Of a stretch of DNA of 64,000 nt, positions 36,062 to 46,157 are shown one piece after another. Both the position numbers and the translations under genes were made by a program. Every line of letters starts with the position of its first letter. The stretch's first letter is position 1. The notes under the pieces were generated by a model that was not told the DNA's origin, did no database searches, and saw nothing but the letters and a program-made list of their open reading frames with translations. The stretch spans positions 5,174 to 69,173 of the forward strand of contig JABLXD010000012.1 of the NCBI GenBank assembly GCA_013178285.1, written 5' to 3'. The DNA comes from Methanofastidiosum sp. (GTDB lineage Archaea; Methanobacteriota_B; Thermococci; Methanofastidiosales; Methanofastidiosaceae).

Positions 36062-37561
36062 TCATCCTTTTATCCAAATAGGTAATTTTTTCATCATTTC
36101 AAGATCATTCATATATTTTTGCCTGATATCTGTCAATCCGTAATAGTCCATTATGAGTCTTCCAAATCCTGGGCCCCATGCAAGCACTGGTATGTCCTTA
36201 CCCAAGAGAGGAACTACTACTTCAGGTCTGAAAATTCCTGCGCCTAAAAGTTCTACCCACTCACCTTTGTCTTTATTATAAATATCAACTTCTATACTTG
36301 GTTCTGTGTAAGGGAAGTATGCAGGTCTAAATCTTATTTTAGAGTGTCCCATTTTATTTAAGAAGCGTTTAAGGTAACCAAGTAAATGCTTAAAGTTTGC
36401 ATCTTCATCAACAACTATTCCATCAGTCTGATAAAATTCAAAGAGGTGCTTCCAGTCAAGTTTTTCATTTCTAAAAACCTTGCCGACTGAGAAAAATTTT
36501 GCAGGTAAATCTTCAGGTTTTAAACTACTAAGAGTCCTTACAGATAAGGAAGTGGTATGAGTTCTTAAGACGTATTCTTCGCTAATTCTTTTGTTCCAGT
36601 CATAACCCCAACCTTTTGAACCTATGTTGCCTCCATGTTCATGCATTGAACAAATTTTATCTAATAATTTTGGATCAATTGCACCATACCTTGGAGAATC
36701 TATAAAGAAGGTATCTTGCATATCTCTAGCGGGATGGTCTTGAGGTTGAAATAATGCGTCAAAAACCCAAAAAGAGGTATCGATCATTGGCCCAGACATT
36801 TCTTTGAATCCCATTTCTAGCCATATCTTCCTAATATATTCTATTGCTTGATTTACAAAATGCTTTCTCGAAGGATAAACTACTTTGACATTTGAAGTAA
36901 CATCGAATCTCTTTAAAGCTATGTCTCTCCAACTTTGATTTTTTAGCATTTCAGGAGTTAATTCTGAAACTTCTTCAGTTATCTCTATACCCTTAGATAC
37001 TTCACTTTTGCCCAATTCGGTAAGATGTACTTTCCTGATAGTATCTATTTTCTTCTCGACAAGTTTTCTTTTAATTAGAATATTTACTAGATTATCATTA
37101 ACTTTTTTATTATTTGATATATCTTCTAAAGCATTCTCTTCGGGAGTTTTTTCATTTAAAGCGATTTTTCCTTTGTCTGTTAGAGAAAATGACAGGGAAT
37201 CATTAATTTTCTCAATGGATATCCAGCCATTTCTTCTAGCCATCCCTATTGCAATATTTCTTTCTTCTTCGGAAAGCCCAATTTCATTTAATGAGATTTT
37301 ATCGTTTATACTCCTGACAAATATTTTTTCAATAAGTCCTTTTTCAATACTTTTCTTCCCTTCTTTTGACAAGACTAAATTAGAAACAGCTTTTTCATCG
37401 ACAATAACTAGATTTTTACTTGATAAATAAAGGAGCGTTCTCATAACTGCAACTTCAGGCAGATTTGAAATACTTGCTATTTCTTCTGGGTTTGATTCTC
37501 CTTTTAAACTACCGAGTGTCTTTAGAATAATCTTCTCTTGCTTTGAAAGCATCGAATTCAC
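36062..37561 (-). CDS. pheS: Phenylalanine--tRNA ligase alpha subunit
   Basis: Class II aaRS motifs (FRPAYFPYTEPS, GAGIFRPEV, GPGFGRL). Long archaeal N-terminal extension. 499 aa. Confidence 0.9.
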   Translation of the reverse strand: MNSMLSKQEKIILKTLGSLKGESNPEEIASISNLPEVAVMRTLLYLSSKNLVIVDEKAVSNLVLSKEGKKSIEKGLIEKIFVRSINDKISLNEIGLSEEERNIAIGMARRNGWISIEKINDSLSFSLTDKGKIALNEKTPEENALEDISNNKKVNDNLVNILIKRKLVEKKIDTIRKVHLTELGKSEVSKGIEITEEVSELTPEMLKNQSWRDIALKRFDVTSNVKVVYPSRKHFVNQAIEYIRKIWLEMGFKEMSGPMIDTSFWVFDALFQPQDHPARDMQDTFFIDSPRYGAIDPKLLDKICSMHEHGGNIGSKGWGYDWNKRISEEYVLRTHTTSLSVRTLSSLKPEDLPAKFFSVGKVFRNEKLDWKHLFEFYQTDGIVVDEDANFKHLLGYLKRFLNKMGHSKIRFRPAYFPYTEPSIEVDIYNKDKGEWVELLGAGIFRPEVVVPLLGKDIPVLAWGPGFGRLIMDYYGLTDIRQKYMNDLEMMKKLPIWIKG

Positions 37562-38067
37562 TTCTTAATCTTCTTAAACTCAATAACACATGGGCCACCG
37601 TTTTTGAATTGTGGTTTATATTCCCACTTTTTTGATTCCCCTGGCTTTGAGTTTTCTATTGCTCCGATAATGGCCATTGCTCTTAAACAAGCTAGTTTTT
37701 CTATTTTATCATCAGTAACAAGCATATTACAATGTTCATTGTAAGGACATTTTTGAACAGTGTATATAAAATTCTCACTGTCACCTTTGATTTCATGATC
37801 TTTTCTTTCCATGAAACCAGTTTTAGAAACTTCTTCTACATACATTTTAGCAGCATCAAAACCTTCAAGATCATATTTAAACTCTGCTCCGAGTTCTTTC
37901 CATTTGGCTATAAAAGGTCGAAGAGAAATAATAATCCATTGCCTATAAAATGCTTCAGGTTTTCCAAAAAAACTGTTTGCCGTTTTTTCGATTCCATAAA
38001 CCCATGCATTCATTACAGTCATTACAGCATCTATTTTTTTCCTCTCATCTTTACATTCTTCAGGCAA
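37558..38067 (-). CDS. Hypothetical Cys-containing protein (169 aa), start of pheST operon
   Basis: ORF with a 4-nt overlap onto the pheS start. Scattered Cys (CPYNEHC, LACL, GGPCV). No family recognised. Confidence 0.5.
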   Translation of the reverse strand: MPEECKDERKKIDAVMTVMNAWVYGIEKTANSFFGKPEAFYRQWIIISLRPFIAKWKELGAEFKYDLEGFDAAKMYVEEVSKTGFMERKDHEIKGDSENFIYTVQKCPYNEHCNMLVTDDKIEKLACLRAMAIIGAIENSKPGESKKWEYKPQFKNGGPCVIEFKKIKK

Positions 38068-38196
38068 AAAACCACCTTCTAATCTGCATAAAGGACGATT
38101 AGTCGTTTATAAATCTTTTCTAATAATAATTCAAAAAATAGAGTATTGACAGTAAAGTTTTAAAATAATAAATTAAACTGTTGTATAGTTGATTCT

Positions 38197-38799
38197 ATGA
38201 TCGGAAGGAATACCCATATGGTCCAATGTAGGATGGGCGGGGGCATGGGCCTTGGAGGTGGACTTGCCCAAAGGGGAACTTTTGCGGATGCAGGTAGAGA
38301 TATTATAGCAATAGCAATGAGCCCTGGAAGGAGGCATATTACAAAACCAATATGCGAGATAACATATGCAATGAGAGAAGCAGGAATTAAGACAAGTGTT
38401 ATGGTGTTAAATGCGGGCAATGGTGTTCCTCCTGAAGCTCCATCTTCTGGAGTTAGTGTTTTATTTGGAATCGAAGAAAAAGAAGTTGAAATATTACACG
38501 AATTTAAATTAGCAATAATTCATCTTGGGAATATTAGAACTCATGTTGTTTACAAATCCAAATTTATTCTAGATCTTGTTCCAATTGATGCAATAGTTGC
38601 ATGTCAAGCCCCTGTTACGTTTGAAGATTTTGAAAAGATAGGTGTAAAGACTGTTAACAATGAAAATGGAACTACAAAGGGAAGAGTAGTAGATATAGTT
38701 AGTGGAATAATTAGAGGGCAAAGCTGCCCTCAAGAAAAACTTGATGAAATTATTTCAAAAGTAAAAATAAACGTTCACCATGATAGCAATAGTATTTGA
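38197..38799 (+). CDS. mcrC: Methyl-coenzyme M reductase operon protein C (McrC) homolog
   Basis: MIGRNTHMVQCR...GGGLAQRGTF...AMSPGRRHITKPICEIT...VLNAGNGVPPEAP...DFEKIGVKT...DIVSGIIRG.SCPQEKLDEII matches my recollection of McrC from Methanothermobacter/Methanococcus almost block for block. 200 aa. Confidence 0.6.
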   Translation: MIGRNTHMVQCRMGGGMGLGGGLAQRGTFADAGRDIIAIAMSPGRRHITKPICEITYAMREAGIKTSVMVLNAGNGVPPEAPSSGVSVLFGIEEKEVEILHEFKLAIIHLGNIRTHVVYKSKFILDLVPIDAIVACQAPVTFEDFEKIGVKTVNNENGTTKGRVVDIVSGIIRGQSCPQEKLDEIISKVKINVHHDSNSI

Positions 38800-39580
38800 T
38801 AAATCGGGAACACTTGTTGATACGAAGAGAGTATCAAAAGATTTGGAAAAAAACGAGTTTATTTACCACAAATCTTGTATAGAACTAATTGAAGATGATC
38901 CAAATCTTTTCCTTGTAACTATAGCCACAGACCCAAGACTTACTTTTTTACAAGAAGACCCTAAAAAAAACCTTGGCCAATCAATAAGAGAACAAAAATT
39001 AGGCTTTGAAGTTGTTTTTAAGGGATCGACTGCCGTTATTGATAAAAATAAAATACTTGAATGGTCAGAAAAGATAACTATCGAAGAAGTTAATGAAACT
39101 ATAAAAAAATTAAAAAAAGAATTTGATATTTGTACCTTAGTTGGATGCGGAGTTGTTGTTGATTCAAAAAAAGAAATGATAACATATATAGTCGCTTCAT
39201 CTGGAAAAATTAAGGACGGAGTCTTTGAATTATTTGATTTTCTTCAATCAGAAGGTATGGATGTATATCTTGCGACTGGAGATAATCCTTGTTCTGTTTA
39301 CCCACTAGCAAAAAGGCTTGGAATAGTTGATAACTTTGTTTTCCCTCAGGTGGATCCCGACGGAAAGAAGAAGATTATATCAAATCTAAAAAAGACTTAT
39401 GAACAGGTTATAATGGTCGGCGACGATATTAATGATAAAGGTGCTTTTGAAGAAGCCGATGTGAGTTTCTTAATACTAGAAAGTGAATCTAAGAGAAAAA
39501 ATGAATTGAAAACAATAGTTGATTATACTATCAGCGAACCTCTAGAGATCAAAAATATATTAAAGAGATTTAAGATTTAG
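38780..39580 (+). CDS. HAD-superfamily hydrolase
   Basis: N-terminal IVFDKSGTL (DxxGT[LV] motif I). C-terminal MVGDDINDKGAFEEADVS (motif III). 266 aa. Overlaps the mcrC end by 20 nt. Confidence 0.7.
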   Translation: MIAIVFDKSGTLVDTKRVSKDLEKNEFIYHKSCIELIEDDPNLFLVTIATDPRLTFLQEDPKKNLGQSIREQKLGFEVVFKGSTAVIDKNKILEWSEKITIEEVNETIKKLKKEFDICTLVGCGVVVDSKKEMITYIVASSGKIKDGVFELFDFLQSEGMDVYLATGDNPCSVYPLAKRLGIVDNFVFPQVDPDGKKKIISNLKKTYEQVIMVGDDINDKGAFEEADVSFLILESESKRKNELKTIVDYTISEPLEIKNILKRFKI

Positions 39581-40575
39581 AAATACATATCAAGAGTTTT
39601 CTGCTTCAAAGTATTTTCTAGAGAAAAATCAATTCTTTCTATCCCTTTTTCTACCCTAAGTTCAGAAAACTCATATTTGTCGCATAATAATTTTATAATT
39701 CTATCTTTATCTGATTTTTCAAATGAAATATTATAGTTATCCGTGACTTCTGGGTTTAAAAATAGATTAATAATTTGGTCAAATTCTCCATATTCACCAA
39801 ATTTCCCATCTTTTACAATTTCAATTGCTTTTTTAGGCCCAATTCCTTTTACCCCTCCAGGGTTATAATCCGTTCCAATAAGTATTGCAACTTCAATCAA
39901 TTGCTTTCTCGAAAGATTTAGATTATTTAAAACACCTTGGTTATCTATAATTTCAGGAACGACATCTACAAATAGATCCTTTCCAGGAATCTTTCTTTTT
40001 CCAGATATCGTTAGATTTCTTACCAATGTAGGAGCTCCAAAGAGAATTGAATCGTAATCTTGCGATGCAGAGAGATCGGCATCTCCTTTTAATACTACAT
40101 ATGCGGCCTGAGCTTCTCCTTCTGAGGGTGCTTCAATATAAGGTATCCCCATTGAAGTTAATAATTCTTTAGAACTAGTAATCATATCTCCTTTCAAAGA
40201 GGAGGTCATCTGGGAATATTTTTTCGCTTCTTTAAAATCCCCTCTTGATTTAGCATCAATATATTTTTCTCTCGCTTCTTCTTTAATTTCTTTTCTTTTT
40301 TCAATTGTTTGAAATTTAAGTTCAGGAGGTTTTCCATCGAAAACATAAATTGGTCTAATTCCCTGTTCAATAAAATTAACGCTTCTGTAGAAAAGTCCTG
40401 ATAAATGAGATGTTACGTCTCCTTTTGAATTCTTCAGAGGGGTACCATCCCTTTGCCTTATTATTGCTAAAAATTGGTAAAGTGCATTATAGGCATCAAT
40501 TGCCACACTTTTACCCTTTAAATCAGAGATATCAATTTTCTTCTTGGGAACTATTTCGCCCAGATTTACGCCCAT
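39577..40575 (-). CDS. fen: Flap endonuclease 1 (FEN-1)
   Basis: XPG-N/XPG-I pattern (MGVNLGEIVPKK...AIDAYNALYQF...IEAPSEGEAQAAY...ILIGTDYNPGGVKGIGPKKA) and a C-terminal PCNA-interacting tail. 332 aa. Confidence 0.9.
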   Translation of the reverse strand: MGVNLGEIVPKKKIDISDLKGKSVAIDAYNALYQFLAIIRQRDGTPLKNSKGDVTSHLSGLFYRSVNFIEQGIRPIYVFDGKPPELKFQTIEKRKEIKEEAREKYIDAKSRGDFKEAKKYSQMTSSLKGDMITSSKELLTSMGIPYIEAPSEGEAQAAYVVLKGDADLSASQDYDSILFGAPTLVRNLTISGKRKIPGKDLFVDVVPEIIDNQGVLNNLNLSRKQLIEVAILIGTDYNPGGVKGIGPKKAIEIVKDGKFGEYGEFDQIINLFLNPEVTDNYNISFEKSDKDRIIKLLCDKYEFSELRVEKGIERIDFSLENTLKQKTLDMYF

Positions 40576-40579
40576 AAGG

Positions 40580-40756
40580 CTAATCCCTTACAACTGTTAT
40601 CGGAATTACTCCATTCTTCATTTCTTCTTGTGCTATTCTAATAGGGTCAAGAATAGATGTTTCAATTAATATGGGTGCACCTAAGGATATTTGAAGGGCT
40701 CTGGCCCCAATAATTCTGACTTTTTCATATTTAGTATAATTCAACGACTCCACCAT
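40580..40756 (-). CDS. rpoK: DNA-directed RNA polymerase subunit K (Rpo6/omega homolog), 58 aa - missing from the ORF track
   Basis: Hand translation of the minus strand: [66 protein letters not shown] is the RpoK/Rpb6 signature. Stop lies 4 nt before the fen start. Confidence 0.6.
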   Translation of the reverse strand: MVESLNYTKYEKVRIIGARALQISLGAPILIETSILDPIRIAQEEMKNGVIPITVVRD

Positions 40757-40832
40757 TTCTGAATGAATATAAAGGGATTATAAATTTTATTGTTATAAAT
40801 AAAATTGGAGCAGATTTCTTGCAAGAAAAAGT

Positions 40833-41243
40833 TTATTTACCTACCGTATTTTCCCCTTTTTTTATCTTGTCGATTGTATCGTTGAATAGTTTAATGAACT
40901 TTTCTCTATCTTCGGCATTATAGGTTTGCATTATACTAATATGTATAGTGAGAATTTTCTCCAACACTTTAATGTGCTCATCTGCAGTTTTAATTGATTC
41001 TATCAAGTCTCTAGTTTTTCGGAGAAGAACATGCTGTGCATATGAGAGCTTTGTTGCAACAAAATAAACTTTTGCCATACCAATTCTTCTATAGTCAACT
41101 AATCCTATTGCCCTCATTATTTCAAGATACTTTACAGCGGTGGCCCTAGACATATTAAGATTATCAGCAATCTCTGAAGGAGTAGCACCTATTTTCACAC
41201 CTTTAAGATACTCTATAATGGCCTCTTCGGCATTTTCTTCCAT
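40833..41243 (-). CDS. Winged-helix transcriptional regulator (136 aa)
   Basis: N-terminal HTH (TPSEIADNLNMSRATAVKYLEIMRAIGLV) followed by a helical C-terminal domain. Confidence 0.5.
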   Translation of the reverse strand: MEENAEEAIIEYLKGVKIGATPSEIADNLNMSRATAVKYLEIMRAIGLVDYRRIGMAKVYFVATKLSYAQHVLLRKTRDLIESIKTADEHIKVLEKILTIHISIMQTYNAEDREKFIKLFNDTIDKIKKGENTVGK

Positions 41244-41706
41244 TGATGCTCACCATCATTATCTCTAACGTTAATATATATAAATGTTACTACTATCAGT
41301 ATTCAAAAAAAGAGAATAATTTTAAAGCAATAATAAAAATATACCAGACCATTGAATTTTATTTGTTATGTTAATGATAAATAAGAATTAAATTCAAGGT
41401 GAATTAAGTATATACTATTATTAATTTTATTAACTAATAAATTCTTATTTGATTATAGTATTCCCTCTAATAATACAAGTTAAAGTTCAACCATGTTGGT
41501 TATGAACATTAATATTCATAATTAAAAAAATATATTAAAATATTATAATTCAACAAATAGAAAAATTTATATACTATTGCTTTACAATAATAATTAAGAG
41601 TGGTAAAAATGAAAAAGAAAACTAAATCTGTTATGCCAATAGCAATAATGATCCCAATAATAGTATTAGATATCCTATTTAGAGGAGAAAAATCTAGATC
41701 TAGTTA

Positions 41707-42135
41707 CTAATCTTTTCTTTTCAGGATTACTCTTTGGATATTATTGCCTATAGGACATTCAAGTTTCTCTTTGATTGCAATAATGTGAAATTTATCGCCA
41801 ATGTTTATACCATCTGGGATACATAAATCATGGTATTGGCATCTTTCATCACAAGAGAATGAGAATATTCCTGTTGCACCTTCAATTGCAAACTTTTTAG
41901 GGATTGCCGCTTCAATTTGAGATTCTTTTACTTCAACTATTTTAACGCCTGAATCGTGAATTTTACAAGGGTGTTCAATATTTCTTACTGAAAAAACAGT
42001 ATATATCCTTCCAGGCTTCAAATTTTCAACACATGTCTTGAAAAATCTGCACTCTTTGCATTCATCACCCCCCTTCCCAGCTACAAAAGAAAATCCTGGC
42101 TTTGCAAGATTTTTGGGCAGGAGGGTAAGTATCAA
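41707..42135 (-). CDS. UPF0179 family protein
   Basis: MILTLLPKNLAKPGFSFVAGKGGDECKECRFFKTCV matches the N-terminal pattern of archaeal UPF0179 proteins as recalled. 142 aa. Confidence 0.5.
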   Translation of the reverse strand: MILTLLPKNLAKPGFSFVAGKGGDECKECRFFKTCVENLKPGRIYTVFSVRNIEHPCKIHDSGVKIVEVKESQIEAAIPKKFAIEGATGIFSFSCDERCQYHDLCIPDGINIGDKFHIIAIKEKLECPIGNNIQRVILKRKD

Positions 42136-43172
42136 TCTATAACCCCCGTTACTTTGGCAAGTTTAGTAGCTGCTCTTTCAGTAAGCCCACTTTCCCCAAG
42201 TATTGTGTACCTGTCTCTAATTTTATGCGCCATTGTTAAAGCTTTTATAATTTCCTTATCAGAAATCCCAAGTTCTTGAGCATTTGTTGGTGCCTTTATT
42301 TTTTCTAAAGCTTCCTTGATTGTTTTGTATTTGTCCTCTCTATGAAGGTACATTGTCATTATAGATCCAACTCCGCATTGCTCGCCATGCATTGCAGGCT
42401 TTTCTGCAACCATGTCAAGTGCATGTGCAAATGCATGTTCTGCTCCGGATGCAGGTCTGGAGGAGCCTGCAATACTCATAGCTACACCAGAAGATATAAG
42501 TCCTTTCAGAACTTTTCTTGCCGATTCTTCCAATCCCTCTTTTATAACATCGGCATTGTCAATTGTCACCTTTGCGCTCATAGAGGATAATGATGCTGCA
42601 TGTTCGCTATAATATTCACCTTTCAGTTTATGTGCAAGTTGCCAGTCCAAAACAGCAGTATAATTTGATATGAGATCTGCACACCCTGAAGCAATGAAAC
42701 GATAGGGGGCTTGAGATACTATCTTTGTGTCTGCTATTATTGCAATAGGAGGTTGCGCTTCAATTGATAATTTCTTTTCGCCATCTCTAATTGATGCTCT
42801 AGAGGAAGCTATTCCATCATGAGAAGCTACAGTTGGATAGCTAATAAACGGTATAGAAATATTAAATGATGCCAACTTCCCAACATCTATAACTGACCCG
42901 CCACCTATTGAAACAACTATATCGTATTTTCCTTTTTTCAAAAGATCAGCAACTAAATCTACTTCTGCCATTGTAGCAGTTTTCACTTCGTGGTGGTCAC
43001 AATTTAAGTCGTCAGATACTTTTTTCCCAACAATCCCTCTTGTAATTGAATCATCAAGGACGACAGGATTTTTATATCCTAATTTCTCAACAGTTGTTTT
43101 AACTGAACTCCAAAGGTCTGAGCCCATTACAACCATTCTTGAAAGATTAATTATGTGAATAGGATTTTCCAT
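42132..43172 (-). CDS. egsA: Glycerol-1-phosphate dehydrogenase [NAD(P)+] (G1PDH), ether-lipid backbone synthesis
   Basis: Iron-dependent ADH/DHQS-like fold. GGGSVIDVGK (NAD-binding loop) plus the DIVVSIGGG context. 346 aa. 4-nt overlap with the downstream UPF0179 gene. Confidence 0.75.
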   Translation of the reverse strand: MENPIHIINLSRMVVMGSDLWSSVKTTVEKLGYKNPVVLDDSITRGIVGKKVSDDLNCDHHEVKTATMAEVDLVADLLKKGKYDIVVSIGGGSVIDVGKLASFNISIPFISYPTVASHDGIASSRASIRDGEKKLSIEAQPPIAIIADTKIVSQAPYRFIASGCADLISNYTAVLDWQLAHKLKGEYYSEHAASLSSMSAKVTIDNADVIKEGLEESARKVLKGLISSGVAMSIAGSSRPASGAEHAFAHALDMVAEKPAMHGEQCGVGSIMTMYLHREDKYKTIKEALEKIKAPTNAQELGISDKEIIKALTMAHKIRDRYTILGESGLTERAATKLAKVTGVID

Positions 43173-43210
43173 AAGAATAACTCTTTGATACTATTAATAA
43201 GTCTTTTGAA

Positions 43211-44035
43211 TCAAAAAAGGGATGGTAAAAGAGCATTTCTAAATCCAGGGCCAAATCCAAGTATGAAGATTAATACTTTAATAGATAAGTAAAAGTTATT
43301 CATCATCAAATTTGTAAGCTTAAATTTATATTTAAAAATTGAAACTTCTTTTTCCTTAAAGTTTTTTCTTTCTTCTTTGTATAAGGTATCAAGTAAGTAA
43401 ATTACAACAAGGATCAATATTAATTTTAAGGGTATCATAACTAAAGCGGTACCGGAAAGATTAATTAAAAAAAGAGGCAACAAGTGTTCTTCTCCAAAGC
43501 CATAATAATCAATTGCAATAAATGTAGCACACCCGTCAAGCAAATGGCCAAATAGTATTGCAGTGTTCTCAAACTCTTTAAGAGGTTTATAAAATAAAGT
43601 CGATAAAAAGTATACTGCTAATGTTATCCCTAAAGCCATAGATATAGGAACTAATATTCTCAAAGGATAGTTAAAAAAAGGAACTAAGTTTACTAAAAAA
43701 TAGATCATTCCAATAATTCCAACTGTGAAAGGAAGTTTCCAATAGGCCACAATATTTCTCTTTTCAAGTTCAAATCCAACTAATATCATGGAAAATGCAA
43801 GAATGAAGGTTACTATATACACTCCAGGAGTAATATTCCAGAATTTTGATCTTTCGTAAAATCCGACATCTGCCAATACCCTAAGGGCTACTGCCATTAT
43901 CATATAAGGTGAAATCGCAATTATGAAAGTCTTATCGATTTTTATTTTGTTGAAAAGAAACTTTAATGCAAAAGCCAATAAGACTAAAAGAATTCCTATA
44001 TAGATAACATAGTCTTGAGGCTGATAAACTCCCAT
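43211..44035 (-). CDS. Polytopic integral membrane protein (about 8 TM), family unassigned
   Basis: 274 aa, hydrophobic throughout. No catalytic motif recognised. Confidence 0.5.
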   Translation of the reverse strand: MGVYQPQDYVIYIGILLVLLAFALKFLFNKIKIDKTFIIAISPYMIMAVALRVLADVGFYERSKFWNITPGVYIVTFILAFSMILVGFELEKRNIVAYWKLPFTVGIIGMIYFLVNLVPFFNYPLRILVPISMALGITLAVYFLSTLFYKPLKEFENTAILFGHLLDGCATFIAIDYYGFGEEHLLPLFLINLSGTALVMIPLKLILILVVIYLLDTLYKEERKNFKEKEVSIFKYKFKLTNLMMNNFYLSIKVLIFILGFGPGFRNALLPSLF

Positions 44036-44066
44036 GAAAAAACACGAACTTATTTAATTAAAAAGG

Positions 44067-46157
44067 TTATGGTTTTTGTCTTAGAACCTCGACCATTTTT
44101 TGATATATTTCTTTTTCTTTTCCCTCGGTTGTTTTGGAAAGTCTTTCAACAATTAATTCAGGGGTACTTTTTCCAGCTTTATAGAATACTGGTTGTCTAT
44201 CCACAATTAGCTCTAAGGATTCATCCAATCCTTTTGCTTCTATACCATCTACCCTCATATCTTCAGGTAACTTTCCCTCTATTGATTTGATAGAGGATAA
44301 AATATCTTCCCCAAGATGTGTAACGATAACACACAAAGTATTCGAACTTCTTAAGAAATTTAGAAATGTACCGATTATTCTAGCCGCAGAACCGGGTTCA
44401 GTAATTGCTTCGAGTTCATCAATCAATAATAATCTCTTTTTTTCCTCAATTGCTAATGGTACTAGTCTTTTAAGGCTAGTTTCAAATGCCCCTCTTGATT
44501 CACCCCTATGTTTTGATAAGAATCCGACCTCATCAAAAATAGAAGTATATGAATTATCGGCAGGCACTAAAAATCCCATTTGAAAAAGAATCTGGATAGT
44601 AAGTATAAGTTTCAAAAGGGTAGTTTTGCCTCCTGAGTTGGCACCTGTTAGTATTATCACATTTTCATTTCCGCCAATGGAATCTTCCGTTGTACCAACC
44701 TTATATGTAATGGGGATGGAATTTTGAATTAGCACATTTTTACCATTTCTAAAACTTAGGCCTTTATCAGATATTTTGGGCATCGAGAGATTATTTTCAA
44801 CTGCAAATCTTCCCATTGCTACAAAAAAATCAATATCATAACATTCTTCAACTCTCTGAATTAAAAACTCCCAAAGTTCTGCTATATCCATCATTTCTTT
44901 CTTAATTTCAAATTCTCTCTTAGATATTTCCTTGCGAATATTTTCTTTAATTTCAAATAGCTCATTTCTGTTTGCCTCTATCGGAAATGATACCTCTTCC
45001 GGGAAAAGCTCTGAAACATCTAGCCCGGTTTTATTATTCAGCTCGTCAATTGATTCCTTTAGGATTTTTCTATATGCGTCCTCAAGTTGTTTTGGGATAT
45101 AACTCTGAAAAGCTTTCAGAGGGTCGGAATGTTTTATATCAGAAAGCATTGACAATATATCTTTGCCTGCTATACCGATATCCTGATTTTCAATAATTTT
45201 AGAGAATCTCTCGTTGATTTCCTTCTCTTTTGTTTTTACCATTTCCTCAAGATTCAATGCTCCCTTTAGTTTGGTTAGTCTCTCGTCTGGAAAATTACCT
45301 TTAGAAAACGATTCAACAGTATCGGAAATCTTTTGAAGTTTTTGAACATAATCATCTAATTGTGCACCATCGTCAGCAGCTATCCCCCTACTGTTTTTGA
45401 TTTGGTAGAGTACTTTGTACATTTCAAGTATCATTTTTATTTTATGGGCATTTTCAATAAAGCGTTCAATGTATATTTCAGGAACAATATCTCGGATAGA
45501 AAAATCATCGATATTTATTGAGAAATCAGATATTTCCGAAAGTGTGTCATAAAGTTTGGAATCTTTTCCGTATAGATAAAATATCAAAGGGTAATCTTCT
45601 CTAACGCCCCTTGTTTCATGGGGTGAAGAAACATAGATAGAATCGTAATATTCTGATTTAGTCTTAGATGAAATTTCCTCATCGTCAGTTATTAAAACTC
45701 TGTCTCTGAATTTTTTTAGAGAAGGGATCTTTAAATCAGAGATACCTTCAAGAAATACTAAAATATTGTCAATTTCTTCTTTAGTTAAACTCTGAACAAA
45801 GTTTTTTGCTTTGTTACAATAGTTTAATCTTTTTAATATTAATTCTTTATCCCTTAAGGGCATGTAAAGATAAAATCTATTCCTTGACCTCTCAGTTTTT
45901 GGGTAAGACACCAATATGGAAATTATTTCTTCATATATTTCCCAAGCATCACCAAAAAGTATATCTTCATACTTTTTGCCGGTCTTTGCTTCAAATGTTT
46001 CTTTTTGTATTTGCAATACCTTCTTTTTACCAAATCCTGGAATTTTCAATAATTTTTCAAGCTCTAGTTTTTCTATAATGCTGGTTAATTCATCTTCATT
46101 GTAGTATTCTAAAGCTTTTTCAAGACCTTTCTCTCCCAGTATTTGGCAAACATCCAT
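44067..46157 (-). CDS. MutS2-family ATPase (archaeal MutS-like, no Smr domain)
   Basis: C-terminal ABC-type ATPase (TGANSGGKTTLLK Walker A; LLLIDELEAITEPGS-type Walker B). N-terminal helix-hairpin-helix (GFGKKKVLQI). 696 aa. Confidence 0.7.
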   Translation of the reverse strand: MDVCQILGEKGLEKALEYYNEDELTSIIEKLELEKLLKIPGFGKKKVLQIQKETFEAKTGKKYEDILFGDAWEIYEEIISILVSYPKTERSRNRFYLYMPLRDKELILKRLNYCNKAKNFVQSLTKEEIDNILVFLEGISDLKIPSLKKFRDRVLITDDEEISSKTKSEYYDSIYVSSPHETRGVREDYPLIFYLYGKDSKLYDTLSEISDFSINIDDFSIRDIVPEIYIERFIENAHKIKMILEMYKVLYQIKNSRGIAADDGAQLDDYVQKLQKISDTVESFSKGNFPDERLTKLKGALNLEEMVKTKEKEINERFSKIIENQDIGIAGKDILSMLSDIKHSDPLKAFQSYIPKQLEDAYRKILKESIDELNNKTGLDVSELFPEEVSFPIEANRNELFEIKENIRKEISKREFEIKKEMMDIAELWEFLIQRVEECYDIDFFVAMGRFAVENNLSMPKISDKGLSFRNGKNVLIQNSIPITYKVGTTEDSIGGNENVIILTGANSGGKTTLLKLILTIQILFQMGFLVPADNSYTSIFDEVGFLSKHRGESRGAFETSLKRLVPLAIEEKKRLLLIDELEAITEPGSAARIIGTFLNFLRSSNTLCVIVTHLGEDILSSIKSIEGKLPEDMRVDGIEAKGLDESLELIVDRQPVFYKAGKSTPELIVERLSKTTEGKEKEIYQKMVEVLRQKP

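Noticed and set aside
37558-38067. 169-aa protein upstream of pheS as a possible methanogenesis marker protein
   Set aside because: It sits 130 bp from the mcrC-like gene and is Cys-containing, but I cannot match it to any Mmp family from memory. Left as hypothetical.
41609-41710. 33-aa plus-strand hydrophobic mini-ORF (MKKKTKSVMPIAIMIPIIVLDILFRGEKSRSSY)
   Set aside because: Too short, and in an AT-rich promoter region upstream of the wH regulator. It could be a leader peptide but there is no evidence.
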